Source of the DNA: Convolutriloba macropyga
Taxonomy: Eukaryota
Direction of reading: 5' to 3'
Assembly (NCBI RefSeq): GCF_964194025.1
Contig: NC_134482.1
Span: forward strand, 22,692,001-22,756,000
Length of the DNA: 64,000 nucleotides
Shown here: positions 48,580-58,899 of the stretch, one piece after another
Layout: each line of letters starts with the position of its first letter
Numbering within the stretch: position 1 is the first letter of the stretch
Position numbers and translations under genes: made by a program
Notes under the pieces: model-generated
The model's input: the letters and a program-made list of their open reading frames with translations, nothing else
Databases searched by the model: none
Told to the model about the DNA's origin: nothing

Positions 48580-49897
48580 CTGTTTTTCTCAAGTGACAAC
48601 GCACCTGACCTCGAAAGATTCACACTCAAGAACTTACTGAAACTGGCAGTAACCAATGTTCATTTCAAAACTAGTGATAACTGGTACAGTCAGAAATATG
48701 ACCTCGCAATGGGGGCATCCCTAGCAGTTGTCATAGGTAACATTTGGATTAAGTCTTTTGAAAATAAATTGATTAACGAAAGTCAAACACCGAGTGGGAG
48801 AATTAAAGACCCCAAAAAGAAATATCCAGGATGCCATTGGATATGTTTGATCTGCAAGAATATTCCAGTAGGTGACTATGGCGGAAAACGGAAACTTTTT
48901 GAAAGATATGTAGATGACCTTATTTGTACCGTAAAAAACAACACCAGTAAACTGATTCAAGAGATTTAAGATTTACACCCAAACTTAAAATTCACTCTTG
49001 AAACTTTATATGAAAAGCATGAATTAGCGTTTTTAGATATGGCAGTGCACGTTAATGAACAAAGAATGTTAACTTGTAAATGGTACCAAAACCCAGCAGA
49101 CAATGGTGCTATCCTTAACTTCCGAAGCTGTGCACCGCTACATCACAAGAAGAACACCATTGAAGGGACAATCCTTGGCCTAGTGCACTGCACGAGTAAT
49201 TAGAAAAACTTCAACGAAGCTTTAAAAGTGAAAGAAAAAATTTGGCTCAAAATTCAATATACAGAGAGTTGGTCTTCAAAAATAGTTAAAGAATGGTTCC
49301 AAAAAATTTAACACAATCAATGCAACTGAAAAAACCTGCCGAAGAGAACATCTCAAATGAATCATTTAAGTAAAAGCACAATGAAATACCATCGTTATTT
49401 CTGCAATACAGAGGTAACCTTAGCCTGCGGCTTATGGAAAAACTAACTATGGCAGTAGAAATAATTTGATCTTCACAACCCGCAAACTCAAGACAAGCGG
49501 TCTCATGTGGTTTAGCAGATAGCTCGTAGTGGATGTCATTCCACCTATGTCGGGCAGACCTGCAGACATATCGCAACAAGGTTTTCTGAGCATCAAGATA
49601 CAGACTCCCCAGCTGGACAACATGTGAGTGCATGTTGTGGCTCTTCGCGAACTTTTGAGTGGCATTTCATTGATCAGTGGAACGGCTCGCCAAAACTATT
49701 GACACTGGAAGCCATTTACAATGCGCAGCGAAAGTCGGCATTTAACACGCGGGCTGAATACAGGAGCAGAGAGCTAACACTCATTTATAGGTTACATGCT
49801 CATAGGTGGCTATTTTGAAATTTTCATGTCTAGGAAAACGAATTCGGTTTGACTGAGAAATTTTAAGGAAGAGAGTGCCACTCAAAGAGATAGAATA
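48580..49897 (+). mobile_element. Penelope-like element copy 4 (PHD deleted in frame)
   Basis: ORF 48550-48969 reads AMGASL...KYPGCH|WICLIC...FERYVDD. Confidence 0.88.
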
Positions 49898-49900
49898 AGT

Positions 49901-51580
49901 TAGTAGCGATAACTGGTACAGTCAGAAAGACGGCCTGGCAATGGGGGCATCCCTAGCAGTTGTTTTAGGTAACATTTGGATTAATCTTTTGAAAATCATT
50001 TGAGTAACGAAAGTCAAACGCCGAGTGTGGGAATTAAAGATCCCAAAGAGAAATTTCGAGATTGCCATCGAAAAACAGCTTGGAACCGCAAAGCTGTCGA
50101 CTGTGAAGAATGTGAGAACTGGTACCATATCAAATGCCAAAACATAGACAAAGAGCAATACAAAAAATTGGGGGATGTCGATTGGATATGTTTGATCTGC
50201 AAGAATATTCCAGTAGGTGACTATGGCATAAAACGGAAACATCTGAAAGGTATGTAGATGACATTATTAGTACCGTAAAAGACAACTCCAGTAAATTGCT
50301 TCAAGAGGTTTGAGATTTGCATCCAAATTTAAAATTCACTCTTGAAATTTCATATGATAAGCACGAGTTAGCGTTTTTAGATATAGCAGTGAACGTTAAT
50401 GAACAAAGAATGATAACTTGTAAATGGTACCAAAAAGCAGCAGACACTGGTGCTATCCTTAATTTCCGAAGTTGTGCACCGCTTCAACACAAGAAAAATT
50501 TTTTGAAGGGACAATCCATGTGCTACTGCACTGCACGGGTAATTGGAAAAACTTCAACGAAGGTTTAAAAGTGAATGAAAAAATTTGGCTTAATTTTCAA
50601 AATTCAGAGAGTTAGTCTCTAAAAGCACTAAACGGAACGTTCCAAAAATTTTAACATAATCAGAGCAACTGAACAAGCCTGTCGTACCAAACACCTCAAA
50701 TGAATTATTAAAGTAAAAGAACAATGAAATACCATCGTTATTTCTGCAATACATAGGTAACCTTAGCCTGCGGCTTAAGGAAAAACTAAATACGGCAGCA
50801 CAAAAAAATGTGATCTTCACAACCCGCAAACTCAAAACGTGGCGTCTCATGTGGTTTACCAGAAAGCTTACAGTGGATGTAATTCCACGTACGTCGGGCA
50901 GGCCTGCAGACATTTCGCCACAAGGATTTCGGAGCATGAAAATACAGACTCCCCAATTGGACATTATGTGAATGAATGTTGTGGCTCTTCGCGAGCTTTT
51001 GAGTGGCGTGTCCTTGATCAGTGCAACGACTCGCAAAAACTAATGACACTGGAAGTCATTTACATTGCGCAGCGAAAGCCGGCAATTAACACGCGGGATG
51101 GATACAGGAGCTGAGATCTAACACTCAAATATTAGTCTACATGCTCAGATGTGGATTTTTTTGAAGTTTTCACGCCTAGGAAAACGAATTCGGGTCGACT
51201 GTTAAGTTTTAAGAAAGAGAGTGCTATTCAAAGAGATGGATTAAAGTTTTAAAAGTAATGAAAAACAGCAAAAGACTTGCAAAACTGGAAACAAATTGAG
51301 AGAAAAGTTTCGTTTAATTTAAGTTTCAAATTTTGTACATATGAAATCGTGACAAGCTCACATGATAAGTTTAAATCCTTTTAGTTGTAAATACTCCAAT
51401 TTTATGTTGTTAAAACTTCCTAACCTGATGATGCTAGTTATAGCGAAAACGTTTGTTTTAATTAATTCGTTATTATTGACTTATTCCTTTTAGTGAAAAA
51501 CCGATCTGTTTAACCGTCTTCTAAATCAAGCTTTACTCATGTTTCGTTGAAGTGGAACTCACTAACATTGTACCTGCGAT
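49901..51580 (+). mobile_element. Penelope-like element copy 5 with extended 3' end
   Basis: GLAMGASL, PHD, YVDD; endonuclease SHVVYQ...CNSTYVGQ.CRH..TRISEH. The 3' region, including the hammerhead-like motif, is shared with 58140-58605. Confidence 0.9.
51410..51461 (+). ncRNA. Minimal type I hammerhead ribozyme-like motif in Penelope 3' end
   Basis: CUGAUGA-U-GCUA(GUUA)UAGC-GAAA, palindromic helix III AACGUU, NUH triplet UUU; helix I is weak. Confidence 0.55.
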
Positions 51581-52414
51581 GCAAGAGTAAAATCACAGGT
51601 ATTCAAAAGTTGATTGAAAAATGTTTGATAGCCGATTCAACAGCAGTTCCCATCGAACAAGCTAGCACGCGGCGTGATTTCGGCTTCAAAAGACCTGTGA
51701 CCAATCAAATTTAATTAGAAACTATTTGTGCTTCTACAAAAATCTTTTACCCTTATTGTTTTATTAGCAAGAACTGTCCCTTTAAAAAAGGATCAATTAA
51801 ATGAAAGCCCCTCCTTTGAAACAGTAGTTGGTCAACTCGAAGGCAGCAAGTCAACTCGTATGCATATTTATAAATCCTGAGAGTAGGTAAAAATTAAAGC
51901 ATGAGATGCAAAATGTAGATAAATTAAAACATCCGAATTATACTCAAAATAGATATGGTAAATAGCAATCAAAGTACAATGTGTAGTTATTTTGAATCAA
52001 GATTAGAAAAAATATAAAACAATTAGGAAAATCGCCTCCCTTCCTCTACAATGGTTTTTATTGAGGTCCCTATACATTAATATAGTGTTCTCACTCTTAT
52101 TGACAATTTTGAACAATACGAAATGCTTTTTGAAGACGTAGTGCTGGCTCCGGACCAGCCAATATTCTCCCAGTAATGGGAGGGGCATTTCTTTATTTAG
52201 CCATTGTTTCTCTTCTGTTATGTACATTTATTTGGACGTAGTTTAAGTTTTCAAATGATATTGTAGTTTGAGTCATATAGGATTACATGTACGTGTTTAA
52301 TCTTTGGTTATAATAATGAAATTTACACCTATGAATGAAGAGAATTAATCATATTAATTGTTTCAGGTGATATGTTGCAGATACGTATTGGTCACAACTT
52401 TTAATTCAAAAGTC

Positions 52415-53070
52415 ATGTATATACGTTTGCACATAGTAGTTGCCTTGGGTGCACTATACGCGGTTAATTCAGACATTGGTAAACCAATGGAAAAGGACCT
52501 GAAAATGATTTTCAGTAAGAAAAGTGGTTCCAATTGTATTAATTCGGCGGCAGATCAGCTATCTGATAATGACTGGTTCTTATATCAAAATTAATGTTGT
52601 ACGTTTAGACATGATGCACGTTAATGGTTATCCAGACAGTGGAATTAGCGGTAATGCAATTAACGGCGATAGGTGCATGGACAAAATGCGGTGTTTCATG
52701 ACAGAGTGGGATTTTATGAGAGAATTTTCCACTGAGCTCACGAATACCCATCAGTCTTTATTCTGGATTGATGAGCCTCCATCAGAGTGGTGGATGAATG
52801 CAGAAAACAAAAAAGTGAACTAGTCAGTCAGCCTCAATTGTCGTGCTCAGAGCTACAACTACGCCTCCGAAGTTTTCTATAAGTACGATGATTTTTTTCC
52901 TATTATATCTTACAGCTTCGTGTAGCTCCATACTGTGCCTAGAAGACGAGTTGTTGTTCATTTCAATCATTTTTAATCAATTTCTATATACGGAGTGAGA
53001 ACAGATGTACTTGGTGAATTTGACTCAGTTTTGACTGGCGATTCGGCTATGTGTTTTTGCGATGATTAAC
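52415..53070 (+). pseudogene. Possible decayed secreted-protein gene
   Basis: Signal-peptide-like MYIRLHIVVALGALYAVNS followed by Cys/Trp-containing sequence across frameshifted ORFs; no family recognised. Confidence 0.3.
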
Positions 53071-53399
53071 GAAGTGATTTCGCAGTTAGACCTGCTCCTC
53101 CAGTGCTTGAGAAAATCAAAGGACAGAAGGTGGTTGTCTCGACTTAAGTTTCTATTCGGTCGCATTTCTACTTTTTGGTAGTCCATTGATTGTATGAATC
53201 CGGAATGCTTTCAGGGCAACGCTTAACTGAACGAATTGAAAACTTTCATGTTAAAAATTTTTAGTGACGCGACAAAAGACTGTTTGCATTGATAATTTAT
53301 CAAGCATCACCATTAGTTGGTCACTTCTACTGCGAAGCTCCCCCCACCCTTAGTTTGAAGACTAGGATGCACTTCGACATAATCACATACTTCATAATA

Positions 53400-54950
53400 G
53401 AGGAGGAGTATGACATGGTAGTAAATAACAAATCTATAATACAATTCCAAAATTTCACAATAAATATGAGATTTAAAAAAGTTCGTTTTCAAGAGCAAAA
53501 CCCAATTTCAATGCCAGAAAGAAAGCCTCATAAATAATGGTGGGATTCATCATAATTCGTCAAGCAGGGAAACCAGTTATGTGTTAGTTTGGCTAACAGG
53601 GACCTATAAGGTAGAAAATGACATTCAAAAATCCCAAACAACTTACAGAAAATGGATGATGAACCGCGATAAATAAAACTGATATGACCAAAACCAACAG
53701 CAATTATTTAAAACCTTAGAACACAAATTCAGCTGCTTCTCTCATTGAGCAATAAAATCTTTCTGATTTCGTTTCTTCTAATGACTTTCATCTTGTCTTG
53801 ATTGAAATAACAACCCGTAAAACTTTAATAATCTACTTTCCTAAAACAATAAAGTCTTTGACTGCGTACTTTCCATCGGTAAAAACTCGAGTTTTAAGTG
53901 CTTTAGAAATCTTCAAACGAATTAGTAAAAATATACAGTTCACAGATATTATATTGGCGGCAGTGATGGGATTCGGGAGCTGGAGAATGCCGAGGAAGAA
54001 GTACGAAAACTAAAGCAGCAGGGTAAAGAATTAGCAAATTTCAAAGAATGTCATGCAGAGGAAGTTAGAGGCGATAAACGCACAGAGCCCCTACAGTCGG
54101 CCTCCAAAGTTCAAATTCTACAAGCTTTTTTGGTACCTCAGGGTACATCGACGAGCACAATAGTCCAACACTATATGACCCTAACAATGCTGTGCCGTAC
54201 AGATTTTTGCGGTATCGTGAAGACATTTAAAAATATAATACAAGCAAGGAAAGTCTTGGAGGATGAAAAACCCAAAGCCTTTACGATAAATATGGAATTG
54301 AGAGGGCGGATTATAATATCCGTGCTCTGTATATTTTTACTATTTAGTTTAGGGATTTCCAAAGAACTTTAAACCTTGTGTCTTTACTGATGGAAAATAC
54401 ACAGTCGAAGACTTTATTGTTTTACGCAAGTAGATTATTAAATGGTTTTACAGGTTTTCATTACAAGCAAGACAAGATTAAAATTATTAGAAAGTAAATA
54501 AGAAAGATTTTATTGCTCAATGAGAGAGGCAGCTGAATTTGTGTTCCAAGCTGTTAAAAAATGGCTGCTGGCTTTGGTCATATCGATTTTTATTTTAACA
54601 GATAACTGATTTAACAGCTAAACTAACAGATAACTGGTTTACCTACTTGACAAATTGTGTCAAAAACAAACAGTCTTTGAAATATCCCGTCAAAATCAGT
54701 TATCTGATGAATTTCACCAGCGTTATGTGATGAATCTTATCAGCGTTATGTGATAAAACTCACCAGGCTTTCTTTTTTGCGTTGAAATCCGGTTTGGATT
54801 AGCAGCGTTGTGATGAACCTCACCAGATTTTCTTTCTTGTGTTGAAATCCAGTTTTGCTCTTGATAACGAACTGTTTATTCTCCTATTTATTGTGAAACT
54901 TTCGATTTATAGTATTAGTTTTTGATTTGCAATTATGTCATATTTCTTCC
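53400..54950. repeat. Diverged inverted duplication (arms ~53400-53960 and ~54310-54950)
   Basis: For example, AAATTCAGCTGCTTCTCTCATTGAGCAATAAAATCTTTCT (~53725) versus AGAAAGATTTTATTGCTCAATGAGAGAGGCAGCTGAATTT (~54501); matching blocks are colinear in inverted order. Confidence 0.8.
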
Positions 54951-57505
54951 GTGAGGGTTACTACAATATAATAACGGCTGAATTCTTTGCAATCTAAAGG
55001 ATAGTAGTCAATTTTTGTGATCTGTTTGTACCTATTTCGGGTTTCTGATGTCAATGAAAATCCACCATTAAGCAGTAAGAGAGATTAGTGATGGGAGTGA
55101 AAAGGCGAAGCATTTAGTCTCTTCTATGGCAGGTTCCATCGGCTTCCTGATGAGACACATCTGCTTCTATTTTTTTCTTTTGGATCCGAAAGTTTTGTTC
55201 GTTTGGCTGAACAGCTGTAACCCCTAGTGGAGCTCTCGTTACTCCCCCTTTTTACCTGTCTCCAGTTTGTGGCATGAGCCTCCTCCACCACATGAGCAGT
55301 TGCGACGTTTCTAGAGAACAGTGCAACTGCAACGTTCGAGTCGATGCTGTTTGTATCAAATGTTCTAAAATGTTCACTTTGGTTGCTTTGGAATTTGGAG
55401 CAGCGCAAATATGAAAGCAATAAGCTAATGGTAACGTGCTCAATGTGGGAGAATCTTTGCACCAGAACACGTTGCTCCGGGTATAATTACTACCGTTGTG
55501 AAAAAGCTTGATAGTGACGATTTCTTCATCCGCGAGGTGACAATGCTATATGCTATGTAGTGAGATACTTGTCGCACTGAAAATTGATTTAAGGATGAGT
55601 ACGACCCAAACAACTTAAGTTGATGGGTCCACTAGTTGGTTAGTTAAAAGTAGAGAAGTTAGAGTTGTGAGAGTAATAATTCTGACCGAAACTCACATCG
55701 ATTTAGTAGAAAAAATTACCAGTTTCCTTGTATCAGTTTTTGCTTAACTAGAATTTCAAGTTACCCTGTTGACAATAGGTTTGTTCTATAAAAGATCTAT
55801 AGAAGTCTTTTAAAGAAAAATTGAGTAAGAAAAATCAAACACCGAGTGGAGAATTAAAGATCCCAAAGAGAACTTTCCAGATTGCAATCGAAAAATTGCT
55901 TGGAACCCGAAAGATGTCGACTGTGAATAATCCGAGAACTGGTATCATATCAAATGCCAAAACATAAACAGAGAGCAATACGAAAAATTGGGGGTTGTCG
56001 ATTGGATATGTTTGAACTGCAAAAATATTCCAATGGGTGATTATGGCAGAAAACGGAAACATCTGAAAGGTATGTAGATGACATTATTTGTACCGTAAAA
56101 GACAACTCCAGTAAATTGCTTCAAGAGGTTTGAGATTTGCATCCAAATTTAAAATTCACTCTTGAAATTTCATATGATAAGCACGAATTAGCGTTTTTAG
56201 ATATAGCAGTGAACGTTAATGAACAAAGAATGGTAACTTGTAAATGGTACCAAAAACCAGCAGACACTGGTGCTATCCTTAATTTCCGAAGTTGTGCAAC
56301 GAACTGTTTATTCTCCTATTTATTGTGAAACTTTCGATTTATAGTATTAGTTTTTGATTTGCAATTATGTCATATTTCTTCCGTGAGGGTTACTACAATA
56401 TAATAACGGCTGAATTCTTTGCAATCTAAAGGATAGTAGTCAATTTTTGTGATCTGTTTGTACCTATTTCGGGTTTCTGATGTCAATGAAAATCCACCAT
56501 TAAGCAGTAAGAGAGATTAGTGATGGGAGTGAAAAGGCGAAGCATTTAGTCTCTTCTATGGCAGGTTCCATCGGCTTCCTGATGAGACACATCTGCTTCT
56601 ATTTTTTTCTTTTGGATCCGAAAGTTTTGTTCGTTTGGCTGAACAGCTGTAACCCCTAGTGGAGCTCTCGTTACTCCCCCTTTTTACCTGTCTCCAGTTT
56701 GTGGCATGAGCCTCCTCCACCACATGAGCAGTTGCGACGTTTCTAGAGAACAGTGCAACTGCAACGTTCGGGTCGATGCTGTTTGTATCAAATGTTAGAA
56801 AATGTTCACTTTGGTTGCTTGGGAATTTGGAGCAGCGCAAATAGCAAAAAGATACTGGTAACGTGCTCAATGTGGGAGAATCTTTGCATCAGAACTCGTT
56901 GCTCAGTAGTAGTAGAAGAAATTACCAGTTTTCTTGTATCAGTTTTTGCTTAACTAGAATTTCAAGTTATCCCGTTGACAATAGGTTTGTTCTGTAAAAG
57001 TTCTATAGAAGTCTTTTAAAGAAAAATTGAGTAACAAAAATCAAACACCGAGTGGAGAATTAAAGATTCCAAAGAGAAATTTCCAGATTGCCATCGAAAA
57101 ATTGCTTGGAACCCGATAGCTGTCGACTGTGAATATTCCGAGAACTGGTATCATATCAAATGCCAAAACATAAACACAGAGCAATACGAAAAATTGGGGG
57201 AAGTCGATTGGATATGTTTGAACTGAAAAAATATTCCAATGGGTGACTATGGCAGAAAACGGAGACATCTGAAAAGTATGTAGATGACATTATTTGTACC
57301 GTAAAAGACAACTCCAGTAAATTTCTTCAAGAAGTTTGAGATTTGCATCCAAATTTAAAATTCACTCTTGAAATTTCATATGATACGCACGAATTAGCGT
57401 TTTTAGATATAGCAGTGAACGTTAATGAACAAAGAATGGTAACTTGTAAATGGTACCAAAAACGAGCAGACACTGGTGCTATCCTTAATTTCCGAAGTTG
57501 TGCAC
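54866..57505. repeat. Tandem duplication (54866-56298 / 56298-57505; second copy lacks ~225 bp)
   Basis: Duplicate ORFs 55124/56556 (offset 1432) and 55835/57041 (offset 1206). Confidence 0.9.
55820..56298 (+). mobile_element. Penelope-like fragment (copy 6)
   Basis: PHD through HPNLKFTLE...LAFLD...ILNFRSCA; cut by a duplication junction. Confidence 0.85.
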
Positions 57506-58605
57506 CGCTTCAACACAAGAAAAAATTTTTTGAAGGGACAATCCATGTGCTACTGCACTGCACGGGTAATTGGAAAAACTTCAACGAAGGTTTAAAAGTG
57601 AATGAAAAAATTTGGCTTAAATTGCAAAATCCAGAGTTAGTCTCTAAAAGCACTAAACGAAACATTCCAAAAATTTTAACACAATCAAAGCAACTGAACA
57701 AGCCTGTCGTACCAAACACCTCAAATGAATTTTTAAAGTAAAAGAACAATGAAATACCATCGTTATTTCTGCAATACATAGGTAACCTTAGCCTGCGGCT
57801 TAAGGAAAAACTAAATACGGCAGCACAAAAAAATGTGATCTTCACAACCCGCAAACTCAAGACGTGCGGTCTCATGTGGTTTACCAGATAGCCTACAGTG
57901 GATGTAATTCCACATATGTCGGGCAGGCCTGCATACATATCGCCACAAGGATTTCGGAGCTTGAAAATACTCCCCAATTGGACATCATGTGATTGAATGT
58001 TGTGGCTCTTTGCGAGCTTTTGGGTGGCGTGTCATTGATCAGTGCAACGACTCGCAAAAACTAATGACACTGGAAGTCATTTACATTGCGCAGCAAAAGC
58101 CGGCAATTAACACGCGGGATGGATACAGGAGCAGAGGTCTAACACTCAAATATTAGTCTACATGCTCAGATGTGGATTTTTTTGAAATTTTCACGCCTAG
58201 GAAAACGAATTCGGATCGACTGTAAAATTTTAAGAAAGAGAGTGCTATTCAAAGAGATGGATTAAAATATTAAAGTAATGAAAAACAGCAAAAGACTTGC
58301 AAAACTGGAAACAAACTGAGAGAAAAATTTCGTTTAATTTAAGTTTCATTTTTTTGCATATGAAATTGTGACAAACTCATGACTGATATGATAAGTTTAA
58401 ATCGTTTGAGTTGTAAATACTACAATTTAAGTTGTTAAGACTTCCTAACTTGATGATGCTAGTTATAGCGAAAACGTTCGTTTTAATTAATTAATTATTA
58501 TTGACTTAGTCCTTTTAGCAAAAAATCTATCCGTTTCATCCTCATCTAAATCATGCTTTAATCATGTTCCGTCGAAGGGGAACTCACAACCATTGTACGT
58601 GTGAT
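57025..58605 (+). mobile_element. Penelope-like element copy 7 with extended 3' end
   Basis: Closely similar to copy 5 from the PHD to the 3' end. Confidence 0.88.
58435..58486 (+). ncRNA. Second hammerhead-like motif (C3U variant)
   Basis: UUGAUGA-U-GCUA(GUUA)UAGC-GAAAACGUUC at the position homologous to 51410-51461. Confidence 0.45.
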
Positions 58606-58899
58606 CCCGCGCTTTAGCCTAGACTGAATTGTATCCGTTTGGAGAGTATTCGATGGAGATGATACGTTAGAAGTATTTACTAATGGTGAAGATTCCAAAT
58701 GGAATGATCGGGAATCTTGTTCTCGATTATTATTAAATGGTGAATGTTCCAGTTGTCTAGAGTGATCTTTTAACTTTCAAAAAGAATTAAGTTCAACACT
58801 TTATTCTTTGGCCACCAACCAACCACTGTCGTTAACAGTTCTATTTCGTCTGCACTTAGCACAAGTGTGAAAGTGAGACTAACATAAACTACCTGCTAT

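Larger units (their letters stand above)
41640..49897 (+). repeat. Tandem array of a chimeric LINE-fragment/Penelope-fragment unit (~2.1-2.3 kb, four junctions)
   Basis: The junction anchor TAAACAAATATCTTTGTA recurs at ~41887, 43971, 46279 and 48532. Confidence 0.9.

Noticed and set aside
44806-57977. Recurrent minus-strand ORFs over the Penelope copies
   Set aside because: These are antisense shadows of the Penelope ORF, repeated only because the DNA is repeated; they show no independent motif.
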